From Octopus vulgaris (Eukaryota), in NCBI GenBank assembly GCA_951406725.2, contig OX597826.1, forward strand, positions 31,000,001 to 31,064,000: 64,000 nucleotides of DNA. The letters run 5' to 3'. Made by a program: the position numbers and the translations under genes. Of this stretch, positions 13,847-27,408 are shown one piece after another. Under the pieces are notes generated by a model that was not told where the DNA came from, ran no database searches, and saw only the letters and a program-made list of their open reading frames with translations. Each line of letters begins with the position of its first letter. The stretch's first letter is position 1.

Positions 13847-14117
13847 TTGCTACTACTACTACTACTACTACTACTACTATTACTACTATTATTAATATTA
13901 TGATAAGACGGCGAGCCAATAGAACGGCTAACACTGTGCAAAATCGTCCGTCTTTACGTTGAGTTCAAATTCCGCAGAGGTTTTCTTTACCTGTCATCCT
14001 TTCCAGGTCAGTAAAACAAGTACCGGTTGGGCACTGAGGTCGATGTAATCGACTAGCCTCCTTCCTCAGAACCTGCTGGCCTTGCACTAAAAATTTGAAT
14101 CCATAATAATACTGATA

Positions 14118-14150
<33 letters not shown>

Positions 14151-14489
14151 GAGTGAGAGAGCAGCGCATGCCATCAAAGGGACACAGAGCTACAAACATA
14201 CGAAGCCCATTGTACCCATCAAGACTACCAATCTGATAAGGGTAGACTGGGCACATGCATCACAACGTGTGTACGTGACATGGAGGTTTCAAGATAAATA
14301 TCGCATGACCTTGCAGGTGGGGCTCTGTTATAATTTTCTTCATATAAATAGCCCATCTTGCTTAAAATGTCCCTGAATAAGGTTTGTTTAAGGATGATGA
14401 ACGAAACACCATGTTTCCAAGGATGAATTATTTAAACCCCAATTCCTCTCAACACATGGCTATAATGCTTCCCTACTAATTTTTCACGT

Positions 14490-15640
14490 AATTTTTCACG
14501 TTGAATCTGATGTTATTCACTTGTTACAGAAAAAAAAAATTAGAAAAATGTCACAGCAGTTTAAAGTTTGATTATTTTTACCCAACCAGAAAACAGGATT
14601 TGGAAGCTGGCATTTTCTGCGTGATAACTCTTAAACAAAATGAAAGCAATATATTACGACGACGAAAGTTGTAAAAAGTTTTGAAGTTTTAATAAATTTA
14701 AATGAATAAAGTCATGTGAAACGTTGAAAGAGGCATATTATATAAAGGAAAAATCCTGAATGAATTTATTTCGCGAAAAAAAATTGGAAAAAAAAAGACA
14801 AACTATACATTATACTACTCTTTTTATACAAACAATTGATAGTGAAAATTCAGAAACGAAAGTTTGGGGAACACCAGGGTTAAAGTTAGGGTTTAGAGTT
14901 GAGTCTTAGGATGAGGATTATGATTTAGGATTAAACTTAGGATTTAGGATTGGCGTTTAGGGTCAGCCCGACCAGTGGATGACTTGGGACTAATCAATTA
15001 GTAACATATTTTTAGTGAACATTTTTCTAAAATTTTTGTGGAACATGTGAATAACAAAATCGAATTCAGCGTGAAAAATTATATCAATATACCAAAGTTG
15101 GAATTTTTCACACGGTCTTAAAATTTCAAACACTGTGACAGCAACAAAAAAGATCATTTAGTTTTTCTGTCTGATAAAAAAAATGCAGAACAAACGTTCG
15201 AACTGGCTTGTAGACAATTTAAAAAGGAAAAATCCTCAATGAAATTTTTTTGCAAAAAATCGCAAAAATAGTAAACTGTACGTTATTCTATAACAATAGT
15301 TCAGTTCATGTAAACAATTAATTCTCGTTCTTGTAGCGAAAATTCAAAAACGAAAGTTCAGAATATAGGTACATAGTGGATGTAACAGTTTTAAACAGAC
15401 AATAGCTTGGTTTGTTGCTATGGAAACAGGCATCAATATGTCTGAGGTTATATTGGCTAAAATTATTCAAACTTTGCAAATTTCAAAAGCTATTAACTTT
15501 ATATTTATTAATTTATGTTTAAAATGAATTTTCTTTCCATAATTAGCATATAAAACTACATCAATACACCAAATTTGAAACCAGTTGGAACAAAATTAAA
15601 GGATCCAGAAAAAGAAGTGTTGATCACGGTTAGAATGTTT
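14490..15640. mobile_element. AT-rich non-autonomous DNA-element relic with internal inverted and direct repeats
   Basis: 14492-14555 is an inverted copy of 15015-15078; 14744-14865 is repeated directly at 15221-15360; degenerate TTAGGG-like array at 14876-14965. Confidence 0.45.
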
Positions 15641-17411
15641 TTTAACTTTTGTCAGCTTAACTAAGGCTAACTTGCGACAACTAACAACAATACGCAAGAG
15701 AATAAACATACACACACACACACACATCAATGCGCACACACACTACGATTATCATCAACATGCTGCTTTCTAGGATCCATAACACGATCCTATTTGAAGT
15801 GTTGATTTAGTAGCTTTATTTGAGGTGGTGGTGGTGGTTACTGTGATTATCGTGTTTTTGATGGTAACTGTAGTAGATTATAATGGCAGTGGGAGGGAGA
15901 GAGAGAAAGTCAGAGTCTCCTTGCAGTGATTATTCTTGATTCATTGAATACCTTGGTACACACAAGAGAAATTTGTAACAATAATGTTAAAATAACAATT
16001 GGTTTTCAACAAGAAAAGAAAAGAAAATACGCAAAGAATAAGATATATAAAGAATCAATATTTGGTTTTATTTTTCGCTGAAAATTATTCACCCTATTTT
16101 TCTTTATCATTCCCCTTCATTCATTTTTCTTGCTTGTTTGTTGTTTTTACGGAATGGGGTGGGAAGAAGCTTTTAAAATCAGTATGTTTGCTGACACTAT
16201 TAGGAAGCCATCTTTCCTGTGCTTAGATTTTCCTCTTGTAGCCTGTTGTTCGTCATCTGCAGTTTAGTGAGCGATTCCGCTGTCATCAGATTAAAACATG
16301 TATCTAAGTCTCTTTCTTTCTGAATCTATAAATAACTGCAAAATTGTATTTTAATACACGTAAGCAAAAATTCTTCTTCATGTTAGTGCATGAAAAATGT
16401 TTGTTATTTCTAAAATTCTTGTTTTCAAAATGGCGAATAAGAAACTAGAGCTTGGAAATGAAATTAGTGAACGAGAATGGTGTATGAGGTGAAGTAGAGT
16501 AGGATGTAGGGGAGGGGGAGATGAAGAGATGATTGAAAGCAGAATCTTTGGAAAATAACATAAAACTATCATATATAATGTTTACTAAGAGTAACCTTTA
16601 TTTTCAGCTATTGTTACATGCATGCAAACATGAGTTCGCACACATCATTTGCGCGTAATCACACACACATACACACGGGAATATGGTAATACAATACACG
16701 CATACGCAAGCAGTCTCGCTCGTAATGGGAGTTATAATATCGCCCTAAGGAAAGAGGAGAAGAGAAAGACAGATACACGGAGAGGATGTTAAGAGAGATT
16801 AAAATAATAAAGCAAAAATGAAAACTGTGAGTAAGAGTTAGAAAGTAAGAAAATATGTTTAAGTTCGACATTTCATTCACACGAGCAAACAACATTAGTA
16901 CACACATACACATTCACAAACACTCACACAATAAAATATACGATGAGTATTTATGTATATAAGCGCACATAATCGCATGAACACATACGCAAAAGGACGC
17001 TGATATGTGTGTACATGTGTGTGTGCGCGTGTATATATATATATATGCATGCATGCATGCAGGCGTTGCTGTATGGTAAGAAGCTTGCTTCCCAACCACA
17101 TGGTTCCGAGTTCAGTCCCACTTCATGGTAACTTGGGCAAGTCTCTTCTACTATAGCCTCGGGCCGACCACAGCCTTGTGAATGGATTTGGTAGACGGAA
17201 ACTGAAAGAAACCCGTCGTGTGTATATGTATATATATATATATATATATATAAACAGTTACTAGTGATGGATTATCAATCCAAATAAAACACTTTCTAAG
17301 CTCTCTGTTAGTACAACAAGCTTACAATGTAACAATATTGTTTAGATTAGTAAAGTTTTCTTGAGATAAGATCCGAGGTTATAGTTCATCACCATTCTAT
17401 ATTGTAAATCC

Positions 17412-17443
<32 letters not shown>

Positions 17444-17754
17444 TGATATGTATGTGTATGTGTACAGACACACATATATATACAGCAATACATACATTAC
17501 ATACATCAATCACCCCCAGTACGTACACACACACGCACACACATACACACACACACATTTGCAGTTACACTTACAAAAATCAATTACCCCAGATGACCTT
17601 CAAATAAAAAACACTACTATAAGTTGTTGTTTTGTTTTTTTTCTCATTCCTATTAATTTTCAAATTTCCATCTTAAAACACGATTCATTTTCATTTAAAG
17701 ATACATATATATATATTTTTAAGACCAACAAAACTCTGTTGTTGACAATAATAT

Positions 17755-18645
17755 GCACATACACATATGCACAAGAACATACACACGCGCATACGCATAT
17801 ACACGAAAGCATATATACGCGCATACACATATTCACAAGTGCATACACATATACACAAGCATATACACACGCGCATACGCATATACACAAAAACATATAT
17901 ACGCGCATACACATATACACAAGTACATACACACGCACATACACATATACACAAAAACATATATACGCTCATGCACATATACACAAGTGCATATACATAT
18001 ACACAAAAACATATATATGCGCATACACATATATACAAGAACATACACACGCGCATACATATATGGAAGCACTCCGTCGGTTACGACGACGAGGGTTCCG
18101 GTTGATCCGATCAACGGAACAGCCTGCTCGTGAAATTAACGTGTAAGTGGCTGAGCACTCCACAGACACGTGTACCCTTAACGTAGTTCTCGGGGATATT
18201 CAGCGTGACACAGAGAGTGACAAGACCGGCCCTTTGAAATACAGGTACAACAGAAACAGGAATTAAGAGTGAGAGAAAGTTGTGGTGAAAAAGTACAGCA
18301 TGGATCACCACCATCTCTGCCGGAGCTTCGTGGAGCTTTAGGTGTTTTCGCTCAATAAACACTCACAACGCCCGGTCTGGGAATCGAAACCGCGATCCTA
18401 CGACCGCGGGTCCGCTGCCCTAACCACTGGGCCATTGCGCCTCCCATACATATATACACAAGAACGGACACACATGCACATACACATGTACACAAAATCA
18501 TACACAATCGCATACACACATTCACATACACATATACACAAGCACGTACTCAAGCGCACATAAATATAGACATACACATACAGACAATCACGTACAAGAA
18601 CATACACACGCGCATACATATATACACGAGAACATACACACACAC
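17755..18645. repeat. Degenerate minisatellite (about 22/44-bp units, CATATACACAAGAACATACACACGCG-like) interrupted by a SINE
   Basis: Units continue on both sides of the 18063-18445 SINE. Confidence 0.75.
18063..18445 (-). mobile_element. SINE family B: tRNA head + body1 + tail X, inserted into a minisatellite
   Basis: Head GGAGGCGCAATGGCCCAGTGGTTAGG, B box GGTTTCGATTCC; tail ends GTCGTAACCGACGGAGTG. Confidence 0.9.
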
Positions 18646-18684
18646 CAAATAGATTAGCAGAGAAAAGCAACTAATAAAGATAGA

Positions 18685-18978
18685 TTAACTTCGCCTTTAA
18701 TCCTTTCAGGATCGTTAAAATAAAATATCAGTCATGTACTGGGGTCGATATAATCGAATTACCGCCTCCCGTCAAATTTGCTGGTCTTGTGCCTAAACTA
18801 GTAAAACAGAAGCCATTTTTATATTTATATTTCGAGTTCAATTCCCGCCGGGTTGAAATTTGCCTTTGGTTCTTTCCGGGCCGATAATGTCCAGTATTGG
18901 TGTTAGTCAAATACTAGGAGCGATGATTTCGACTTCAGCCCCGGCCCTCAAAATTGCTGTCCTTGTACCAAAATTAGA

Positions 18979-19033
<55 letters not shown>

Positions 19034-19265
19034 TGTAGTAGTAGTAGTAGTGAGGCGGTAGGCTGGCAGAATCGTTAGCAGGCCGGGCAAAATGCTTAGC
19101 GGCATTTCGTCCGTCTTCGCGTTCTGAGTTCAAATTCCAGCGAGGTTGACTTTGCCTTTCATACTCTCGAGGTCGATAAAATGAAATACCAGTTGAGTAC
19201 TGGGGTCGATGTAATCGACTTTTCCTCTCCCTCGAGATTGGAGGCTTTGTGCCAAAATATGAAAC

Positions 19266-19320
<55 letters not shown>

Positions 19321-19430
19321 TTCATTAGCATCTTCTTTCAATTCTGTTTCCATTTCTTGTCGAGTATCTTCCTGACACCTAGGGCAGAGAAACGTACTGT
19401 ATACATTAGTAGGCCATTAGAACAATTATT

Positions 19431-19466
<36 letters not shown>

Positions 19467-19638
19467 ATCTCAACGAGAAACATTATTTATTTACGTTCTG
19501 AGTTCAAATCCCGTTATCGTTAAGTTTGTCTTACACCCTTTCTGGGTCGGTAAAATATGAATAACAATCAGGTTGATATCATCGACCTACCCCCACCCCA
19601 CTTAGAATTGCTAGCTTTGTGTCTTAATCGCAAACCAT
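18685..19638 (+). mobile_element. Cluster of four SINE family A copies separated by (TAG)n/(TTA)n/(TTG)n
   Basis: Copies at about 18685-18805, 18830-18980, 19053-19267 (full head) and 19490-19638. Confidence 0.8.
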
Positions 19639-20471
19639 TATTTATATAAGGACAAAATCTATGGAAGATCTTTTCCCCTGATATATATTCCCAAAGAAGC
19701 CCCAATCAGTAACATGTGTTTCAGATTAGAATTTTAATCCGGGATTAGCGTTTTATTGAGCTCTTTGTAAACTCTTGGTAAGGTCTTTATTTGTTTGCTT
19801 ATTTCATTGAAGACAAACTATGGCATGAACAGATGGTTCGATAGAAAAAAAAAGGAGGCTCTGATCCTGACACTCTTCCTTTTCGCTCAACATCCTCATT
19901 ATGCTTCTCTATCTCTGTCTTTTTCTCATTTTTTCTCTATCTCTTTCCTCCGCTCTCGTTTTCCACTCTCTACTCTCTACTCTCTACCTATCTCCCATTA
20001 TCTACCTATCTCTATCTGTCTACTCCCTCATTTTACCCTCTCCCAATAGCCTCTTTCTTTTATTTCTCTCTCTTCCCCCTCCCCCCCTCTCTCTCTCGGC
20101 TCTCTCTTTCCCACTCTCTCTCTCAAAAAGTAAAGCCAACCAACTGCTACGTAGTGTCTTCAAGATACTTTTATCGCATTCTGCAACCCTCTCGTATTTC
20201 TCTCTCTCCCGCTCTCTTTCTCCCTCCTTTCCTCTTCTCTGTGTACTTCTCCCCATCTCTCTCCCGCTTTCTCTCTCTCTCTCTCTCTTTCTCACTCTCT
20301 CTTTCTCTCTCTATCTTTCTCTCTCTCTCTATCCACCAATCTACTTTTCTGCATCCATCTATCTGTCTATCTTTCTGCATCCATCCATCCATCCATCCAT
20401 CCATCCATCCATCCATCCGTCCGTCCGTCCGTCCGTCCGTCCGTCCGTCCGTCTGTCTGTCAGTCTGTCTG

Positions 20472-20525
<54 letters not shown>

Positions 20526-21878
20526 CCTTTATCTCTCTATCTATCTATCTCTCCATCTATCTATCTCTTTAGCCATCTGTTTATCTATCCACCTCTCTCT
20601 CTCTCTATTTATCTATCAATATATCTATCTCATCTATTTATCTATTTATCTCTCTGTGTATCTATCCCTCTATGTATCTTTCTCTTTATCTATCTACCTA
20701 CCTACCTATCTACCTATCTATCTATCTACCTATCTTTTTGTCTTAGAACAAAGCCAGTCAACTGTTTTTCTGCATCCTTCACAGGCTTCTCTCCCATCAC
20801 AAATATTTTATAATTCCTTTCTTCTTCTGAACACAGTCTCGTCATTTGCGACATTAACGTCTGGACTTCAATGTGCGATAATCCTTTTAATAAACTCTCT
20901 TAAATGCTTCCAAGCTTCCAGCTTTATTTCCTTCCAGAGCATAAAGAAGACATTGTAAATGAGATACTGTCTGAGCAACAAACCTCAAACATAGGGATCA
21001 ACTATCAAGGGATCGAATCTAACATCATCTGTCAAACCTACAAAACGTCTTCATCTGTTGATCCATTCTTGTGAACAGTTACTCATTCAACTATGTGAAA
21101 GCGTGTGACTAAGTGATTAGAGTAGTCAGCTCTTAACCATAAGGCCGTGAGTTCGATTCCAGACAGTGTGTTGTGTCGTCCTTCAGCAAGGCTCTTTATT
21201 TCCCGTCACTCCAATACACTCAGCTGGCAAAAATGAGTAGTACCTGTAATTTAATGGGCCAGCCTTGTCACATACCATGTCACGCTGAATCTCCCTGAGA
21301 ACTACGAGAAGGGTTACGCGTGTCTGTGGAGTACTTATCCATTTGCACGTTAATTTCACAAGCAGATTATCCTTTTGACTGGATCGATTGGAACACTCGT
21401 CGTCGCGACTGACGGAGTACCAGTTACTCATTCCGCCCATGTAACACTTATCTACTTCGGTGGTTCTTAACCTAAGCAGTAGCCACTTCTTCGGAGAATT
21501 GTGAACTCACAAGGAAATAGGTACATTTAAGGGGTACATTATTGGCGGAATAAGATGTTTAGAGTCTTTCTATGTCCGACTATACACGAACATCTTAAAT
21601 ACGATTGTACACGGCTATATTTCGTTCAGTGTTGCTTAGTACCTTCTAATTAATTAATTCCAGCTTAACAAAGCTTTCTGTGCATCAACAAATGTAACAT
21701 TTGTTGTCCAAATATGAGAATAAGTGGCTACGAAAGACGACTCGTGATCCGTAAATGAAGACATGCAATGACGCAGAAACACATGCGCCTCACGTTCAGG
21801 TGACGTCATTTATAGACTAATGTCTATGAGGAGAAACTTTCTCTCGAGACAATTTCTGTAATGTATGCTTTGTCTTCG

Positions 21879-22105
21879 TGGAGGCGCGTGGCTTAGTGGT
21901 TAGGGTGTCAGTACCATGATCGTAAGATTATGGTTTCGATTCCTGGACCGGGCGACGCGTTGTGTTCTTGAGCAAAACACTTCATTTCACGTTGCTCCAG
22001 TCCACTCAGCTGGCAAAAATGAGTCCCGTCCGGCTTGGGAACACATACGCCACAGAAACCGGGAAACTGGGCCCATGAGCCTGGCTAAGCTTTAAAAAGA
22101 ACGCA
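21879..22105 (+). mobile_element. SINE family B: head + body2 (CORE-like) + tail Y; headless copy at 9624-9795
   Basis: GGAGGCGCGTGGCTTAGTGGTTAGG head; body TTGTGTTCTTGAGCAAAACACTT..CCAGTCCACTCAGCTGGCAAAAATGAGT. Confidence 0.85.
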
Positions 22106-22406
22106 TTTTTTTTCTTCTTCGAGTATCCACTAACATGTGAAATAGATGTGGTTCAATATTACAGCCACATAGTACTGTGGCAGTATAGAAACATGTGTGA
22201 TTGCATTAAATGACTGTTTTTAGAGAGAGTGGGGGGGGGAGATTTAAAAAGTCGTTTAGTGGTAGATAATAATTGGACATTAATTAATCAGCAATTATTT
22301 CTCAGAATTGAAATAGACATCGTATTTTTCTATTAATTACTCCAAAGTTATGAATCATTTTGGGTATCTGTAGGCAATTTGTGTGTCTATGTCTGAGTGT
22401 GTACAG

Positions 22407-22448
<42 letters not shown>

Positions 22449-22620
22449 GCGTGTGTGTGTGTAACTTGCGGTACAAATATGTATTTGCATGTGTACATGC
22501 AGTATATGTGTATGATCTGCGTATGTATACACATTTGTATACTTATACATATATATGTGGGAGTGAGTATATATATGCCTGTGTGTATGCATATGTATGC
22601 ATATATATCCACACTCATTC

Positions 22621-22660
<40 letters not shown>

Positions 22661-23556
22661 GTATGTACGTGTGTGTGTGTGTGTATATATATAAATATGT
22701 CTCTTTTTCTTACCTTTCCTCTGCTAACGAGATGAAATAGAAAGACCTTGAATTTACTGTATTAGAGAGAGTGGAGGGAATGAGAGAGAGAGAGAAAGCG
22801 AGAGAGCAAGAAAGGCAGAGAGAAAAATTGAGAGAGAGGGTAATAGAGACAAACAGACAGACCGAAAGACAAGCAGAGAACTGGATAGAAAACGAGAGAA
22901 AGAAAAAATCACCCCTGTCGAGATGTAATAGGTATTATTAGTTGAGAACTAATCAATATATTGTCGAGGAAGTAAAACCGTCTCGTGTCTCAATAATTGG
23001 CAACCTGCTGCACTATCATTTACATGTTAGCCAATAATAAAACAGTTCAACTTGGTCATGTGCAAGATTAGCGACAAACGTAACGTGAAAACAGACACGA
23101 CATAGGAACAGTCTAGTTTGTCTGTTGTTATTATTGTTCTTGTTGACTTTTGTTATTTTGTTCTCTTCATTATTATGATAAGCTATCAGTTTTAAAATTT
23201 ACAAGCTCGTGGAGCGAAGGAATAAAAGTATGTCTAGTTGACACGAAGGTTTATCTGATCAAGCGAACGCTATGAAGATTTTCTTACCAAGTACTGGCTA
23301 CTGTCCAAGTGATCAGGATTCACGAATTCCGGTTTATTAGAGGCATGGTACTGGAATTATGCATACTGAATATTACTTATGTATGTGTTGTATTCTTGTA
23401 TGCTGGCCGCTAAATGGGTTGGTAGGAGTAGATTAAGGTCCAGCGTGATATTTAGTTACGTTCACATTCCTTATGACTTGATACAACCCACCGATCACCA
23501 CAAACGAAGTTTTCGCTTTGAAACAAATGTAATTAATTTTAAATTTACAGAGACAT

Positions 23557-25267
23557 CATCATCATCATCATTGTTCGACCGTGGTCGAGACAATGGAATT
23601 TACCATGCTACGCCAGACTTCACGGTCCATCATGGCATTACGGAGGTCCTGTTGCTGGATGCCTGTATCCCTGGAGATTACATCAGGGTAGGAGAGTGTG
23701 CGCCCTCTGGTATTGCGAGTAGATGGCTTCCAGAGGAGAAGAGTAGAAATTACTTCTTTTTCAGCTCTACAACAATGTCCAGCAAACTGGACTCTCCTAC
23801 CTTTCACAAGAGATGACACAGGTGGTAGTTTCCCATATATTTGCATTTTGGTTGGATGGCGCTTCCACGAGAGATTTTGAGCTCTCATAAGGAGGCGAGT
23901 GTAGGTTCCATCCAACCGCCTCTCAAGCTTCTTTGATAACGTCCAGGTTTCTGAGCCATATAGTAGAATTGGTTCGATTGTGGCATTGAAGATTTCAAGT
24001 TTGAAGTCTCTACTTAGATTTGATAACCAGATCTTATGCATGTCATTACAGGCTGACCAGGCCATACCCTTTCTAGTTAGAAAGTCTTTTCCAGATGATG
24101 ATATGTATGACCCAAGATATTTATAATCAGAAACCATATTTAAGGGCGCATTGTTGAGAGTATGGATGATGCAATCACTGTTGGACAGGCACTTGTTTAT
24201 GTATTCAGTTTTGGCCTCATTGAGGTAAAGACCTACACAATTTGAGGCTTGTTCAAGAGATTGTAAAAGAGACTGGGCATTGCAGAGAGAATCACTGATA
24301 AGAGCGATGTCGTCAGCAAAGTCAGTGTCTGTCAAGTTCTCAGCTGGGTGTCTGGAACTTCTTGGTTTTATTTCAAAGCCCTTGCCAGAGATGGTATCAA
24401 CTGACATACGTAGCACATAATCAACAGCAATGATGAAAAGAAATGGGGCGAGTGTGTCTCCCTGCAGTATTCCGGCTTTGATTGAGAAAGATGATGTTTC
24501 TCCGTCAGGGGTTAAGATGGTTGAAGACGTATCTGTGTAGAGGACCTTGATGGCAGAAATGATTTTGTCTGGTATCCCATAGAGCTTAAGGATTTCAAAC
24601 ATCTTGTACCTATCTACAGAATCGAACGCTTTAGAAAAGTCTACAAATACCATTGCAAGATCGCGATTAAATGCTTTTGATTCTTCAATAAGTCTGCGTA
24701 GGCATAGTATCTGGCTCAGCGTTGAGCGCCCATGTCTGAATCCATTTTGGTTCTTTCGGAGCAAAGGTTCAACAAAAATGACAAGACGATTTAAGATCAG
24801 TTTGTTGTACAGTTTTGCAGCAATTGACATTAGAGATATGCCCCTGTAGTTGGTGACGAGGGATAAATCGCCTTTTTTGGGTACTGGAATTTGAGATTGG
24901 TGCCAAATCTTTGGAGCGACAAAGGTGGAAAGTGTGTGGTTACAGAGGTTGAGCAAAAGTGTGTGAAATCTATCATCCTTCCAAATTACAGCTGGGATGT
25001 TGTCGGGACCAAATGCTTTCGAAGCTTTTAGTTGCTTGGTGGCTGCTGTTAGTTCAAATATGGTAAAAGGGGAGGTGTTGATGTCCAGCATGTCTGATAT
25101 AGGCACACTTGGAAGAGTGGGGTTATCAGGGATTTTGGCATTCTTCCCAAGGAGGTTTTTTAAATGGGTTGACCAATTTTCTAAACGCTTCTTAGCTGAT
25201 CCCCCTTTAATTCTAATTGATGACCCAGAATTTTTGCCTGATAGTCTTTGATAGTTTACTAATTTTT
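23557..25267 (-). mobile_element. RTE LINE insertion with 13-bp TSD TTTACAGAGACAT and (TGA)n tail
   Basis: TTTACAGAGACAT at 23544-23556 and 25268-25280; (CAT)n on + at 23554-23571 is the (TGA)n tail. Confidence 0.93.
23568..25106 (-). CDS. Reverse transcriptase of a 5'-truncated RTE-clade non-LTR retrotransposon (endonuclease domain missing; reading frame stays open to about 25250)
   Basis: 512-aa stop-free ORF with non-LTR RT motifs KAFGPDNIP, PKKGDL..NYRGISL, QNGFR..RS, FVDFSKAFDSV, GILQGDTLAPFLF, FADDIAL, YKYLGS and an RTE-type C-terminus (LLYGSETWTL, RRVQFAGHC, AMMDREVWR). Upstream frame reads SGKNSGSSIRIKGGSAKKRLENWSTHLKNLLGK. Confidence 0.95.
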   Translation of the reverse strand: MPISDMLDINTSPFTIFELTAATKQLKASKAFGPDNIPAVIWKDDRFHTLLLNLCNHTLSTFVAPKIWHQSQIPVPKKGDLSLVTNYRGISLMSIAAKLYNKLILNRLVIFVEPLLRKNQNGFRHGRSTLSQILCLRRLIEESKAFNRDLAMVFVDFSKAFDSVDRYKMFEILKLYGIPDKIISAIKVLYTDTSSTILTPDGETSSFSIKAGILQGDTLAPFLFIIAVDYVLRMSVDTISGKGFEIKPRSSRHPAENLTDTDFADDIALISDSLCNAQSLLQSLEQASNCVGLYLNEAKTEYINKCLSNSDCIIHTLNNAPLNMVSDYKYLGSYISSSGKDFLTRKGMAWSACNDMHKIWLSNLSRDFKLEIFNATIEPILLYGSETWTLSKKLERRLDGTYTRLLMRAQNLSWKRHPTKMQIYGKLPPVSSLVKGRRVQFAGHCCRAEKEVISTLLLWKPSTRNTRGRTLSYPDVISRDTGIQQQDLRNAMMDREVWRSMVNSIVSTTVEQ

Positions 25268-25326
25268 TTTACAGAGACATGCGCACATTGCAAGCTAGCT
25301 AGCTAGCTTGGTAGATAGATAGATAT

Positions 25327-25394
<68 letters not shown>

Positions 25395-25477
25395 GCTAAC
25401 AGATGGACAGATAGACATACATACAGACATAAATGTATATATGTATATATTATACGTACACATATATTCATATAAGT

Positions 25478-25555
<78 letters not shown>

Positions 25556-26328
25556 CACTATTGCAACACTATTGCAAACAACTCACCCATCACAAGCAAC
25601 AACATAAATACACGAGACAGAGACAGAGAGAGTGAAAGAGAACTATGGAGTGTTCAATCCAATGTGCAACAACAAAATTATAATGTGACGAAACAATTAC
25701 CGTCCGTTCAAGAAGTACTTCCACTAATAGACGATAAAAACGGTAGTTAATCTGTAACTAATAGACAAGTAGACAATAAAAAAACTAAATGGAAATATAG
25801 AAGGTAGTTAATCTAACATGTTCTAATAGACAATATAAAAGACTAATAGGTAATATAAGAGGTAATGAATGTGTAACCTCTTCTGGAAGAGGAAAATCAT
25901 TTTGTTGTGTAAGCACAGACTTTTCAAAATAATAGGACCAAAGATAAGACATTTGGATTCACCGAAACAACTCTAATTCATGGGCCTTATATTACCAATA
26001 TGTAATCATACTATGCACCATTTTTTTTTAAATATTGTATTGTGCATTGCCTTTTATATTTGAGTAATGGTTCCAAACAATGCGTATTGTGTTTCACTGA
26101 GAAATATATTATCACAAATAGTTTAGACTCAGTAATAAATTTCTTTTATGTGTTTTCGAAGAAATAGAAGAAACAGCAGTTACATCACGCATAAAGCTAT
26201 ACGTTATAACCTTGTCTTTTGCTTTAAATAATAAGCAGGGATCTGGTGACGATTAGAGAGCTAACATGACGGACACTAACGTACAATCATAGTAGATCCA
26301 TAGCAGATACAGGCACAATGCATCCACA

Positions 26329-26375
<47 letters not shown>

Positions 26376-26697
26376 TCACTAGCTCACATGGGAAGGTAAA
26401 GACAGAGAGACAAAGCTCTTACTAAGAGCCCTATTCAATAAAGTACAATAAATACATATAATGCAGAAATGTAGAAATATAGAATTATAAAATATAATTT
26501 AGTTTAAATATTAGCTCTAAAGATGGATCACATATTTTGCGAATATTTCTCAAACCTTTACCAAATGTACAAAATTTTGTGTGCATAGACATACATACAC
26601 ACACACTGTATATATGTGTATATATATATATACAAACATACACACACACACTATATATATACAAACACACACTATATGTATATTTATATATATGTCC

Positions 26698-26728
<31 letters not shown>

Positions 26729-26837
26729 TATATATATATATATACATCTATATATATATACATCTATATATATGTATACATTTATATATATATGTTTATT
26801 TATATATACATTTATATATATATATGTTTATTTGTAT

Positions 26838-27137
26838 ATCACGTGATCACGTACCCGACCAGACCATCAGATATTGCTACACATCGCTGGTCACAATGCG
26901 TTCGCATTGTTTTAGCTTTCGAACGACGCCACCCCGCTGGCTAAGCGAGCAGGCCAACAGAGTGATGAGAAAGAGTGATGAAAGAGTACAGCGGGGATCA
27001 CCACCCGCTGCCGGAGCTTCGTGGAGCTTTTGGGTGTTTTCGCTCAATAAACACACACAATGCCCGGTCTCGGAATTGAAACCGCGATCCTACGACTGCC
27101 AGTCCGCTGCCCTAACCACTGGGCCATTGCGCCTCCA
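26838..27137 (-). mobile_element. SINE family B: head + body1 + tail Z
   Basis: Head and body nearly identical to the 18.2-18.4 kb copy, then a different 3' module ending CGTGATCACGTGAT. Confidence 0.85.
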
Positions 27138-27355
27138 CTTATTTGTATATACACATATATATTTATTTATATATATACATACATATATACATATATATAC
27201 ACACATATATATAAATATATATATGCATACATATATATCCTAAATGACAATGTATATTAAAACTTTGATGCATTATAAAGAAAGCATGCAATCTAATTGT
27301 GCTTTTACAGTATATATAACTAACTGTGCATGTATGTATAATGCATAATATATAT

Positions 27356-27408
<53 letters not shown>

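Noticed and set aside
16255-16295. CUGAUGA plus AGCG/CGCU hairpin on the minus strand
   Set aside because: No GAAA after the hairpin and no stems I or III.
18370-18445. tRNA gene (also 21879-21950, 27062-27137, 50090-50160)
   Set aside because: A/B boxes run directly into multi-copy SINE bodies; these are SINE heads.
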